64,000 bases of DNA from Polyangiaceae bacterium (GCA_965222375.1 CBDCTZ010000016.1:1440001-1504000); one strand, 5' to 3'; positions 9,430-18,970 are shown, numbered from the stretch's first letter. Notes: a model not told the origin generated them from the sequence alone. Numbers and translations are program-made.

Positions 9430-10770
9430 TCACTTGCGTGTGCGAGCTCGGAGGATCTGGAAATAACGTCTGCCGACTCCGGACGCCCCCGCTGCTAGCG
9501 TGACGTTGCCGCCATGCTCGGCAAGCACGCTCTCGATGTAGCGTCGCTCGTATTCGGCAACGACGCGCAGGCGCCCGAGAGGAAGCGGCGCGCGTTCGCG
9601 AATCATCGCTTCAATCACGTCATAGTCTTGGCCCGGCGCGCTTTCGGCGACGCCCGCGTCCATCGTCAACTCACCGACCGCGAAGTAGCGCGCGATCGCA
9701 TTGCGAAGTGCCCGCACATTTCCAGGCCACGAGTCCGCTTCCCATCGAGCGAGGGCTGCTGCCGGCGGCGCCCCCGATGCCCCAAGTTCGCGCCAGAAAT
9801 GAGTCGCCAACACGCGAACGTCTCCTTCGCGTTCACGCAGCGGCGGCAGCGCGATTCGGCCCACGGCGAGGCGATAGAAGAGGTCGTCGCGGAAGCGCCC
9901 CTCTTGAACCTCGTGATCCAAGTCCCGCCTCGTGGCGGCGATGATTCGCACATCGACCTTGAGGGACTGCTCGGAGCCGATGCGCCTGATCTCCGAAGAC
10001 TCCAAGGCACGTAGCAGTTTTGGTTGGAGCGCCAGATCGAGGTCACCAATTTCGTCGATCAGCAGAGTGCCGCCGTGAGCCAGCTCGAACACGCCGCGGC
10101 GGGGACCGACGGCGCCGGTGAACGCTCCCTTCTCGTGCCCAAACAGCTCCGACTCGACGAGGTTTGGTGGCACCGCCGTGCAGTCGAAGACGACGTAGGG
10201 GCCCTTGGCCCGAGCGCTGTTTTCGTGAATCGCTTCAGACAGCACCTCTTTGCCAGTTCCAGTCTCTCCTTCGATTACGATGGGGATCGGGGATCGTGCC
10301 AGTCGGGTGACCAGGGGGTACAGCCTGCGCAGGGCGGGGCTCGAACCGATGAAGCGCCCGAAGCCCGTCGCTTCCGGCGGGGGAGATGCTTCGGTGAGGC
10401 GCCGCTCCAGGCGAAGGGTCGTGGACCCGATGCGAACCGTTTCGCCCGGTGAGACGAAGGCCTCGACCACGTTGATGTTCTCCACGAAGGTGCCGTTCGT
10501 CGAGCCGAGGTCCCGTAGCCGTACCCGGGCTCCAGAGATTTCGAAGGACGCGTGCCGGCGTGAAGCGTGGCGATCCGTCAAGCGTAGCGCACACGCCGGT
10601 CCCTGGCCGACCAGGACTGCGGAGGGTTGGGCCGCGCTGATTTCCGCGCGCGCTCCCGCATCCGGCCCCTCGACCACGGCCAATTCGAAGGCAGCGTTCG
10701 GCCCTCCGACGTACTGGTTTTCCGCGCGTATGGCCGTTGCGGCGTCGTCGAAATCTGACGCGTCAGACAC
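9430..10770 (-). CDS. FHA-domain sigma54-dependent enhancer-binding protein
   Basis: FHA 'ASRRHA...DLGSTNGTF'; Walker A 'GETGTGKE'; 'ESELFGHEKGAFTGA'; 'FRDDLFYRL'; 'WPGNVR'; C-terminal HTH. Confidence 0.95.
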   Translation of the reverse strand: MSDASDFDDAATAIRAENQYVGGPNAAFELAVVEGPDAGARAEISAAQPSAVLVGQGPACALRLTDRHASRRHASFEISGARVRLRDLGSTNGTFVENINVVEAFVSPGETVRIGSTTLRLERRLTEASPPPEATGFGRFIGSSPALRRLYPLVTRLARSPIPIVIEGETGTGKEVLSEAIHENSARAKGPYVVFDCTAVPPNLVESELFGHEKGAFTGAVGPRRGVFELAHGGTLLIDEIGDLDLALQPKLLRALESSEIRRIGSEQSLKVDVRIIAATRRDLDHEVQEGRFRDDLFYRLAVGRIALPPLREREGDVRVLATHFWRELGASGAPPAAALARWEADSWPGNVRALRNAIARYFAVGELTMDAGVAESAPGQDYDVIEAMIRERAPLPLGRLRVVAEYERRYIESVLAEHGGNVTLAAGASGVGRRYFQILRARTRK

Positions 10771-10831
10771 AGCCGCAGGCTAGCACAGCATTACGGGATT
10801 TCGGGCCAGGGCTGCCGCACCCAGCCAGGCT

Positions 10832-11485
10832 ATGATGCCGGCCATGGACGCGACGCTGAGCGCTTTGGCGCAAGCCCGCTGTTCCGCCATCTTGCGGACG
10901 GACAGCGAGGAGGTCGCTCGCGAAGCCATGAACGCGGCAGTGCGCGGTGGGTTTTCGGTCGTGGAGTTCACGCTGACGACGCCAGGTGCCTTCGGGCTGA
11001 TCGAGGAGTTCGCGTCGCGTCCTGAGCTTGTCGTAGGCGCGGGCACGGTGCTCGAAGCCGAGCAAGCGCGATCAGCTGTGGCGGCAGGCGCCCGTTTCTT
11101 GGTTTCGCCCGTTGCGGATCCCGCGATCATCCGACTCAGCTTGGAGCTGGGCGCCGTCGCGATCCCCGGAACGAGCACGCCGACGGAAATGCTGGCCGCT
11201 TGGCGCGCGGGCGCGCAAGTGCTCAAGCTGTTTCCCGCCGCCGAAAAGGGGCCCGGCTTCGTTCGCGCTTGCTTGGGCCCCATGCCGTTCTTGCGCATCT
11301 TTCCAACCTCCGGGGTCACCGCGGACAACGCCGCGGAGTTCTTGGCGGCGGGGGCGTTTGGCCTCGGCTTCGTCGGCCCCCTTTTCGATCCGAGCCTGTT
11401 GCGCGACCGCAGCTACGGCGGGATCGAAGCGCGGGCCAAGTCACTGCTCGAGATCGTACGCACCGCGCCGACTTCCAGGACGTGA
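10832..11485 (+). CDS. eda: KDPG/KHG aldolase
   Basis: 'VVEFTLTTPGA', 'VGAGTVL', 'GARFLVSP', 'PGTSTPTE', 'LKLFPA', 'PTSGV'. Confidence 0.88.
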   Translation: MMPAMDATLSALAQARCSAILRTDSEEVAREAMNAAVRGGFSVVEFTLTTPGAFGLIEEFASRPELVVGAGTVLEAEQARSAVAAGARFLVSPVADPAIIRLSLELGAVAIPGTSTPTEMLAAWRAGAQVLKLFPAAEKGPGFVRACLGPMPFLRIFPTSGVTADNAAEFLAAGAFGLGFVGPLFDPSLLRDRSYGGIEARAKSLLEIVRTAPTSRT

Positions 11486-11490
11486 TAAGC

Positions 11491-12474
11491 ATGGCCCTAG
11501 CCATGACGACGGTTGTGACCGGAGCCACGGGCCTTGTAGGCAACGCGATCGTGCGGTCCCTTCGCGCTCGAAACCGATCGGTTCGTGTCCTTGCTCGCTC
11601 CGTGGAAAAGGCGAAGCGCGTCGTGCCCGAGGAAGTGGACGTGGTCGCGGGCGACGTCACGGATCCGTCTAGTTTGCGCCGCGCCTTTGCCGGCGCTGAG
11701 GTGGTGTATCACGCCGCGGGCCTGCCGGAGCAGTGGCTCTCGGATCCAAGCACCTTTGATCGAGTCAACGTGGGAGGGACGGAGAACGCCATCGAAGCGG
11801 CCCGCTCGCTTGGCATACGTCGCTTCGTCTACACCAGCACCATCGACGTCTTTCGCGCTGGGACGGGTGAGGAATACGACGAGAGCGAGATCGACGATCA
11901 ACCCAAAGGGACCTACTACGAGCGCAGCAAGCAAGAAGCCGATCGCGTCGTCACCCGGGCTGAGCAGCGTGGCCTCGACGTCGTGTTCTTGCATCCTTCT
12001 GCTGTGTATGGCCCGGGTCCAGCGGGCTCTCCTGGCGTCAACGACTTCGCGCACAAGCTCCTCGCGGGTGAAGCGCCAGCGCTGCTGCCCGGGGGAATGC
12101 CCGTCGTGTTCAGTGATGATGTGGGGGAAGGTCATGTGCGTGCAGAGGAGCGCGCCGACAGTGGCGCGCGCTTCATCTTGAGCGAGCGCTACGTGACCCT
12201 GCGTGAGTTGGCGCGCTTCGTTCTGGACGCCGCCGGCTCGGATGCGCGCTTGCCCTTCATCATTCCGCTGTGGACCGCGCGGCTGGTGTCAAGCGCCACG
12301 GAAGCGTGGGCTCGACGCTCCGGTCGCCCACCCCTGGTCCCCCAAGGCCAATTGACCTTCTTGCAGTGGCAAGCTCGACCCAAATCTGCCCGTGCTCAAA
12401 AGGAACTGGAGCTCGAGTTCGTTCCCCTGGACGAGGGGCTGCGGCGGCTGTTGGCGATGAGTGCATCGCGCTGA
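11491..12474 (+). CDS. NAD-dependent epimerase/dehydratase (dihydroflavonol-reductase-like extended SDR)
   Basis: 'VTGATGLVG', 'YHAAG', 'VNVGGT', 'YERSK'; start moved to the ATG at 11491. Confidence 0.9.
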   Translation: MALAMTTVVTGATGLVGNAIVRSLRARNRSVRVLARSVEKAKRVVPEEVDVVAGDVTDPSSLRRAFAGAEVVYHAAGLPEQWLSDPSTFDRVNVGGTENAIEAARSLGIRRFVYTSTIDVFRAGTGEEYDESEIDDQPKGTYYERSKQEADRVVTRAEQRGLDVVFLHPSAVYGPGPAGSPGVNDFAHKLLAGEAPALLPGGMPVVFSDDVGEGHVRAEERADSGARFILSERYVTLRELARFVLDAAGSDARLPFIIPLWTARLVSSATEAWARRSGRPPLVPQGQLTFLQWQARPKSARAQKELELEFVPLDEGLRRLLAMSASR

Positions 12475-12695
12475 GTAGGCAATTGCCTGGCAGGAATCGA
12501 GCCCCGAGCCTCGCTGTGATGGGTTGGGTTTGGGGTCGCATCCCTGGGCCGACCTGGGCCACTACTCTCGAGTTTCGCCCCGCTTTGGCGCTCCACTGGC
12601 GCGCGAACGCTACGCTCAGGCGCTCAGCTCCGGCCCGGGTGAAGGCGCCGATGACGTCTGAGCCGGCACATCCAACCAAAAACCAATCTGAACGG

Positions 12696-13670
12696 TTAGA
12701 AGGAAACGCCGACCATGCCGCGGAAGGCAGGGCCACGTGCGGCGAAGGAGCCGAGGTTGACGTTTGCGACGCGCTGGGGCGCTGCGCCGTCGTCCTCTTC
12801 GGCTGCGAAGTCCAAGTCCAGAGCGGAGCTCCAGCCGTAGCCGCCTTCTGCGGCGACCCAGATACGCAGCTCCCCGCTGCCCTTGGAGGCGTCTAGAAGC
12901 TCGAAGGCGGCGCCCGCGAAGCCATCGACTGCGATGAGCCAGTTGTTGGCGAAGAGGGTCGTGCCCGTCGAGCCTTCCTCGAGGCGCGCGGCCGCGCGAA
13001 GGGGGCCTGCACTGGGTCGGGCGTAGACGTAAAGCTCCGGGAGCAGGTGCAGTCGCACCTCGGGCCCGAGGGTGACTCTGTGCAACGCGAGGCGCGTGGC
13101 TTCTCCCCGGGCCGAACCTGTTTCCGTGCTGCCGTCGTAGTACAGCATCCCCGCGATGCTCACATCACCTTGGGTGTACACGGTGCGGCCAAAGCCCAGC
13201 GAGCCCTGTCCCATGAAGTCCTTGTCGGCGAAGGGGTCGTAGCCGGTGTTGCCGACGAATGCCCCACGCAAACCAGCAAAGGCTTGCCAACCCGGGTACG
13301 GCGACTTGGGGCCCCGGGGCTTGTCTTCGACTTGGTCGGCCTGCGCTGGCGCCGCCTGGGGATAGGACGTGGCGCCATAACCGAGTTGAACGCCGGCACC
13401 GGGCGCGGGTTGTGTCGTCGGAGCAGGCGCCGGCGCTGCGGGCGGCGCTGTGGGCTCGCCTGCGGACTCGGCTGTGCCCGCGGTGGCCTCGGCGGCTTCG
13501 CCTTCAGCTGCGGGTGCCGTGTCCGCGTCCGGCGTCTTGTCGGCCTTGTCGGGTTGCTCCGGCGCTGCGGGCGCAGGTTTCTTTGGCGCCTTGGCTTCGG
13601 GTGCTTTGGCTTGAGCGAAGGCCACGCTCGTGAGCAACAGAGAAGACGACACTAAGAGTAAGGCGCGCAT
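12696..13670 (-). CDS. Putative outer-membrane beta-barrel protein with Pro/Ala-rich N-terminal linker
   Basis: SPI signal 'TSVAFA-Q'; amphipathic strands; terminal 'FRGMVGVSF' (C-terminal Phe). Confidence 0.65.
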   Translation of the reverse strand: MRALLLVSSSLLLTSVAFAQAKAPEAKAPKKPAPAAPEQPDKADKTPDADTAPAAEGEAAEATAGTAESAGEPTAPPAAPAPAPTTQPAPGAGVQLGYGATSYPQAAPAQADQVEDKPRGPKSPYPGWQAFAGLRGAFVGNTGYDPFADKDFMGQGSLGFGRTVYTQGDVSIAGMLYYDGSTETGSARGEATRLALHRVTLGPEVRLHLLPELYVYARPSAGPLRAAARLEEGSTGTTLFANNWLIAVDGFAGAAFELLDASKGSGELRIWVAAEGGYGWSSALDLDFAAEEDDGAAPQRVANVNLGSFAARGPAFRGMVGVSF

Positions 13671-15274
13671 TATCGTAGCCCTCCGAAGATCAAGCCGGGG
13701 AAGAAGCGACTCTTGGCCGTGTCCGGATCAAGAGCGTCGAGCACCGTCGCGCCCAGCGATGTGAAGCTGCCTCGATCGACGACATGAAGCGCGATGACCG
13801 CGCGCCCCGCGTCTCGGCGAGCGACGTCGTAGACCGCAGTAACGTCGCGTTCCACCACGATGCTGGTGGGATGCAGATCCGACAGCGTGATGCTGGCGAA
13901 CTCCGGCGTCCCGGGCTTGAGGGCCCAGGCCCGTTCGCCGTCGGGTGCGACGGAGAGTTGGAATCCGCTTGCGTTGGTCAGCATCGGGAAGCTTTGGCGC
14001 TTGTCTAGGTCGAGTACGTAGAACTCGGGTGCCGACGAACTCTCGAGGATCTTCAAGTGTGCACGGTCCTCACCGGGGACACTCTTGACTTTCGAAACAC
14101 TGATGCCGATCTCGTAGGGGTCGACGCTGCGGAAGGGAGTGCCGCTAGTCTTGCCCAAGGACCAGAAAGCGACGCCAGTGGTGGAGTTGCTCCAGAGCAG
14201 AGCCACGTCACTTTGGATGGGCTTGTTGGTTACGGAGTCCGTGACCCGCGCCATCTTGCTGTAGGCCTTCTTGAAGGCGACGGTTTCCGTTACCGTGGTT
14301 TGGGGATCGACCAGCGTCGCTTGTTGCTTGCTTGGAACCAGGGCCGCGAGGCGAAGTCCGCCATCGGTCTGAACGAACGCGACATCCGTCGGCACGCCGC
14401 CGACGTCTGCGACGTTGACGGTCGGCTTGAAGGGCTTGTCGGGTTCGTCTGCCGGGGCTGGCGAGAGCTCGACCAGCATGACGTTGCTGTCACCGGCCAA
14501 GCGGACGGCAATGCGCGCGTCTGTGGGATCGTCCGGCTCGCCATCATGGAAGTCCACCTGGGCCGGGCTGCCGGGCTTGCCTGTGGAGGTTTGGGGCAAG
14601 ATCAACGTCACTTCATCTCGGTTGGGCTCAGCCAGATCGACCAGGGTGACGTCCTGCTCCGTCTCAACAATCAGCAAGCGTCGAGGCGTGCCGCCAGGGA
14701 CCGAGAGTTCGCTGGTGAAGGTCAGTCGCTTCGGGCGTCCGCCGAAGCTGCGAATGGTCTTGGGCAATGGTTCGGATATCGGGTCCCCGAGCTTCACCAA
14801 GATGAGCTCGTTGGGGTTGACCACCACGCCGCCCGCGTCAAAGACGACGGCCCACTCGCCTTCGGGGTCGATGGCGAGACCCTGAAGTGGATCCGTCAAG
14901 GTGTAGCGAGCCTGCACTTCCGGGGACACACCACCGGAAATGACCGTGAGGCTCGGGAGCTCGTCGTCGGGCTTGCGGCGTGGCTGCACGCCTTTCGATA
15001 AGACGAAGAGCGTTTCGCGATCCGGCGAGGCGTCGGCGCGCACCACGTTCTTTCCGACGCGCAAGGGTGTCGACAGCAGCTCCCGACCACTGGTGACCCC
15101 GAGCATCAACACGCGATCCAACGCCGGATCAACGACGGCTACGGAGCCGGAGAGCCCCACGTGCTCGACCGGTGAGTCCAGCGGTTTGTCCCAATGATCT
15201 GGGCGACCTCCGCATGCCACGCTCAGAGCGCTCAGAGCAACGAACGACAAAGACCAAGCTACACTGCGCATCAA
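13670..15274 (-). CDS. Lipoprotein, predicted beta-propeller
   Basis: Lipobox 'LSVAC'; blade-like motifs 'ASPDRETLFV', 'IDPEGEWAVV', 'VAPDGERAWA'. Confidence 0.7.
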   Translation of the reverse strand: MMRSVAWSLSFVALSALSVACGGRPDHWDKPLDSPVEHVGLSGSVAVVDPALDRVLMLGVTSGRELLSTPLRVGKNVVRADASPDRETLFVLSKGVQPRRKPDDELPSLTVISGGVSPEVQARYTLTDPLQGLAIDPEGEWAVVFDAGGVVVNPNELILVKLGDPISEPLPKTIRSFGGRPKRLTFTSELSVPGGTPRRLLIVETEQDVTLVDLAEPNRDEVTLILPQTSTGKPGSPAQVDFHDGEPDDPTDARIAVRLAGDSNVMLVELSPAPADEPDKPFKPTVNVADVGGVPTDVAFVQTDGGLRLAALVPSKQQATLVDPQTTVTETVAFKKAYSKMARVTDSVTNKPIQSDVALLWSNSTTGVAFWSLGKTSGTPFRSVDPYEIGISVSKVKSVPGEDRAHLKILESSSAPEFYVLDLDKRQSFPMLTNASGFQLSVAPDGERAWALKPGTPEFASITLSDLHPTSIVVERDVTAVYDVARRDAGRAVIALHVVDRGSFTSLGATVLDALDPDTAKSRFFPGLIFGGLR

Positions 15275-16908
15275 TCCACCACCTTCGCTCCCAATTCGAA
15301 GCCCGTCAGAGTGCGCGCACTCCCATCGCTCAGATCCACGAATGTGATCCGACCCTCGGGATGCTGCTGCGCTACGTAACCCTTGCCCGCTTTGGCCACG
15401 ATGCCGACCGCTAGGGGAGGGCTGGCCAGAGGAATGAAGTCCACCTGCAGGCTGGGCATGCGCGTCACGTAGACTCCGTACTTCTTCTTCTTGTCGTCCC
15501 GTATGGCAACGAGCCCTCGGCTCGTCGGTGCCGGCTGCAGCGCCACCGCAATGGGCTCGGCGTCCGTGCCAACCACCTTGGGGGAGATCAGCTTGCGGGT
15601 GGCCACGACACTGAAAGCCCCCGCCTTGCTGCTCGAGCTCGGCGGATCCGAAAGAGCCAAGAGGTGCTCGCCGTCCGGCGCGGGAAAGAGGGCCTGGACC
15701 GGGGCTTTCACGGAGACTGTGCGGGCATCCAAGAACGTGGCGCCGGCACGCAGGTCCACGAGGCTCACGTGATCGTTGGGCACCGCGTTGGTGAAGAGGG
15801 CGGCGGTTTCGCCATTGCTCGAAACGGCCACGCTACCTACGGATTCCCCGACCAGCACCAGGGTCTCGCCGGCAGTGGGGCTCGTCGCGGCTTCCGGAAT
15901 CGGAAGCAGATTCAGCTCCGAGTTTTCACGCACCACGGCGAGGGCGTTCTTGCCGTCTGCGGAGAGATCCAGATCTGTGATCGAGCCGGATAGGGTGCGC
16001 GTGGTGCGGACGCTGGTGGTCAAGTCGACGAAGGTGATATCCGGACTGCCGTCACGGCGAACTAGGGCGAGGGTGCCGTCGGGAGTGATGTTCACGTCTC
16101 GGGATGCGGGATCGCTGAGCGGGTCGTCGGTGACTTCAACCAGCTTGCTGACCTCCGGCGAGGCGCTCAGCTCGACCACGCTGATCCCCGGCTCGGTCAC
16201 CGCGAAGGCTCGGTTGCCATCCTCGGAGATGGTCAGGCGCGTCGGGCGATAGCCCACGGTCAGCCTCGTGGATGCGCCGCTGCCTTCTAGCGACAGCACG
16301 GTGATGTCTTGGAAGCCGTCGGTGGGATCCGGCTTTTCGATCTTGCTCGGGTCGGTCCAGGCAATGGCCCAGCGGCCGTCCTTGCTGATGGCCCAGCTGT
16401 TAGCGCCTTGATGAGTGTCGAGGGTGGTGCTCGTGATCGAGTCGTCGCTGGCGACTCGGAACAGTGTGGCGTCGTGGGAAAGCACGTTCAGCACGATGGC
16501 GGCGTTCTTGGATTCGTCGTTGGGATCCGAGACGGCTGCGAGGTAGGTAGGCGCGAAGCCCGCTTCGACGATCGACAGCTCCAGGGAGTTCGCGTCGATC
16601 AAGGCCACGCGTCCGCTATCTGGGTTTGCGCTCCACACGTAGCGACCGGTGGTTACCGGCGCCTTGAAGGAACTCTCGAGCTCCTTTTCGGGGGGTGGGG
16701 GGGCGGCGTCGGGTTTGGCGCCGGCGTCTAGCGCGATCCCGCCGCCTATCGCGCCGGTTCCACCGAATCCACCAACGCCTACGGTGCCGCCGGTTCCAGT
16801 AGATGCGCTCCCACCGCTGTCATCGGATGAGCCGCAGGCACCCAGTGCAACCATCATCGCCAGGGGCGAGGCGAATACCAGAGTCCAAGCACAAGTTCGG
16901 AAGCTCAT
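15271..16908 (-). CDS. Lipoprotein, YncE/YVTN-like beta-propeller
   Basis: Lipobox 'ALGAC'; repeated 'ISKDGRWAI', 'ISEDGNRAF', 'ITPDGTLAL', 'LSADGKNAL'. Confidence 0.8.
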   Translation of the reverse strand: MSFRTCAWTLVFASPLAMMVALGACGSSDDSGGSASTGTGGTVGVGGFGGTGAIGGGIALDAGAKPDAAPPPPEKELESSFKAPVTTGRYVWSANPDSGRVALIDANSLELSIVEAGFAPTYLAAVSDPNDESKNAAIVLNVLSHDATLFRVASDDSITSTTLDTHQGANSWAISKDGRWAIAWTDPSKIEKPDPTDGFQDITVLSLEGSGASTRLTVGYRPTRLTISEDGNRAFAVTEPGISVVELSASPEVSKLVEVTDDPLSDPASRDVNITPDGTLALVRRDGSPDITFVDLTTSVRTTRTLSGSITDLDLSADGKNALAVVRENSELNLLPIPEAATSPTAGETLVLVGESVGSVAVSSNGETAALFTNAVPNDHVSLVDLRAGATFLDARTVSVKAPVQALFPAPDGEHLLALSDPPSSSSKAGAFSVVATRKLISPKVVGTDAEPIAVALQPAPTSRGLVAIRDDKKKKYGVYVTRMPSLQVDFIPLASPPLAVGIVAKAGKGYVAQQHPEGRITFVDLSDGSARTLTGFELGAKVVD

Positions 16909-16909
16909 T

Positions 16910-18709
16910 TCAGTCCACCACCTTCGCGCCGAGCTCGAATCCGGTCAGGGTGCGCGCGTCCCCCTTTTCCAAGTTGACGAAAGTGATTCGTCCCTCGGGG
17001 TGTTCCTGCGCCACGAAGGCGACGCCAGCGCTCGGCACCATCCCACTGGCCAGGGGCGGGCTCGCCAGAGTGATGCGATCGACTTGCAGCTCCGGCATGC
17101 GCGCGACGTAGGTCGCATACACCTTCTTGTTGTCGTCGCGGGTGGTGACGACCGCCCGGGTGCTCGGCGCCGGCGCGATGCTCACGGTGAAGGTCGGTGC
17201 GTTCGTTCCTTGGATCTTCGGTGGAAGGTCTTTGGCGATGGGTACGATGCTGAAGGCGCCGGGCTTCGAGCTGCCACTGGCGGGTCGCAACAAGGCGATG
17301 GCGTGGGCGTCGTCGGGAGCCACGAAGGCTGCGGTCACCGGAGCCTTGAGCGCAACGGTTCGGTAGCTCAAGAAGTCCGCACCGCTTTTCAGATCGACCA
17401 GGGTCAAGTGATCGTTGGCGCTAGCGTTCGTGAACAGCACCGCGACGTTGCCGGATTGACCCACCGCGACGCTACCGACGACTTGATTCGTGATGACCTT
17501 GGAGCTGACGAGTCCTGGGTTGGTGAACACCGTTGGGATGGGGAGCGCGAAGACTTCGGAATCCGGGGGCGGCGGCGGCGGAGCCGCGTCGGGCGCGGCG
17601 TCGGGGCTACCGGCTTCGCCTGCGTCTTCGGCGCCGCCTTCACTTGCGTCGGTAGTGCCGGCGTCGGTGGTGCCAGTGGCATCAGAGGCAGCGTCTGCTC
17701 CTGCGTCTCCGGACGATCCGCTGCCCGGCGCGCGCACGACCGCCAAAGCCAGGGCGCCGTCTTCGGTCAGGTCGAGATCCGTCACCGGGCCGGAAAGCGT
17801 GATGTTCTCGAGCTGTCCGCTCTGCAGCTCGACCAGGGTAACGTCTGAGCTGCCGTGGCGCCGAACGAGTGCGTAGCTGCCGTCGGGGGTGACCGTGACG
17901 TCCCGTGCAGGTTGCGCCAAGGGGTTCGTCGACATCGGCACGTCTCGATCAACGGCCGGCCCCGAACTGGAATCTAGGGTGACTACGGTGAGTCCGGGCT
18001 CGGTGACGAAGAAGGCTTGCGAATCATCTTCGCTGATGAAGACTCGCGACGGTCGGTATCCGACGGATAGGCGCGTGGAAACGGGAGGCAAGGAGGTCAG
18101 ATCGAGGACCGTGATGTCTTGAAAGCCTTCGGTGACGTCCGGGCTCTTGACCTGCGCAAAGTTCGTCCAGGCAATCGCCCACTTCCCGCTCTTGCTCACC
18201 GCCCAAGCGTTGGCACCTTGATGCAGTGTTGCAGAGTGCATGGTGACTTCGCCCTGGGCATCGGCGACGAACAAGCTGGCGTCGTTGCTGCCGACGTTGA
18301 TGACCAGTGCGCGATCTTCGTCTCCCTGGCTGGCCAAGCCCACCAGGTGTGTTGGATTGAAACCCGCTTCGTACGTAGCCGCTTCAAAGCTCTTCGCGTC
18401 AACTCGCGCCACCCGGGAACTCTCGGGGTTTGCGGTCCAAACGTAGCGACCGGTGGCGACCGGAGAGCGGAAGCTGCTCTCGAGCTCTTTCTCGGGTTTG
18501 CCACCGGTGCCAGCGCTACCTCCGGTGCTGGTTCCCCCAGTGCCGCAGCCGGGGCCGACGCACACACCGGCGTCTGGGCCACCGCCACCGCCACCTCCGA
18601 AGGCTCCTGACTCACTGGCCTCGTCTGCCGCACAGTGGGCCAACACGCCTACCGCGCACAGCATCAGACCGATCTTGGCGACCCCGAAAAGCGTTCCCGC
18701 GACTTGCAT
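16910..18709 (-). CDS. Lipoprotein, YncE/YVTN-like beta-propeller, tandem paralog of 15271..16908
   Basis: Shares 'PEKELESSF..PV.TGRYVW.ANP', 'HQGAN.WA', 'QHPEGRITFV/EHPEGRITFV' and an identical terminus 'ARTLTGFELGAKVVD'; start placed downstream of the sigma54 motif. Confidence 0.8.
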   Translation of the reverse strand: MQVAGTLFGVAKIGLMLCAVGVLAHCAADEASESGAFGGGGGGGPDAGVCVGPGCGTGGTSTGGSAGTGGKPEKELESSFRSPVATGRYVWTANPESSRVARVDAKSFEAATYEAGFNPTHLVGLASQGDEDRALVINVGSNDASLFVADAQGEVTMHSATLHQGANAWAVSKSGKWAIAWTNFAQVKSPDVTEGFQDITVLDLTSLPPVSTRLSVGYRPSRVFISEDDSQAFFVTEPGLTVVTLDSSSGPAVDRDVPMSTNPLAQPARDVTVTPDGSYALVRRHGSSDVTLVELQSGQLENITLSGPVTDLDLTEDGALALAVVRAPGSGSSGDAGADAASDATGTTDAGTTDASEGGAEDAGEAGSPDAAPDAAPPPPPPDSEVFALPIPTVFTNPGLVSSKVITNQVVGSVAVGQSGNVAVLFTNASANDHLTLVDLKSGADFLSYRTVALKAPVTAAFVAPDDAHAIALLRPASGSSKPGAFSIVPIAKDLPPKIQGTNAPTFTVSIAPAPSTRAVVTTRDDNKKVYATYVARMPELQVDRITLASPPLASGMVPSAGVAFVAQEHPEGRITFVNLEKGDARTLTGFELGAKVVD

Positions 18710-18725
18710 TCGAGGGGCGAGCCAA

Positions 18726-18741
18726 TGCAACGCTCGGGCCA
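18726..18741 (-). promoter_or_regulatory. sigma54 (-24/-12) promoter of the beta-propeller operon
   Basis: Minus strand TGGCCCG-AGCG-TTGCA. Confidence 0.7.
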
Positions 18742-18785
18742 GTTGAATTGATTCACATTTATTGCGGTGAGAGAAACAAACGCTG

Positions 18786-18822
18786 TGGTTGCAACCAGCG
18801 TGTCCTGTGACAAGTGTGTCAC
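18786..18822. promoter_or_regulatory. Two palindromes upstream of the sigma54 promoter (candidate enhancer sites)
   Basis: TGGTTGCAACCA (18786-18797) and GTGACA-AGTG-TGTCAC (18807-18822); an AT-rich tract lies at 18742-18780. Confidence 0.5.
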
Positions 18823-18970
18823 GGGCGGTTGCCCGACTTGAGCGAAAGCCAGCCCACGCGCCCGGTTTTTGGCTCGTTTATGCGGTGATGGGTCGCGCGA
18901 CGCTGCTGTGCGGCGGCTCGATCACACTGCGCCAGAGCAACTTGTCTATGATCATCCCTGGGACGCGCGT

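Noticed and set aside
12475..12695. Intergenic region as ncRNA or small gene
   Set aside because: Only a short palindrome (AGGCAATTGCCT) and no recognisable RNA family or coding signal
18742..18762. IHF site next to the sigma54 promoter
   Set aside because: AATCAA is present on the minus strand but the downstream TTR of the consensus is missing; recorded only as AT-rich
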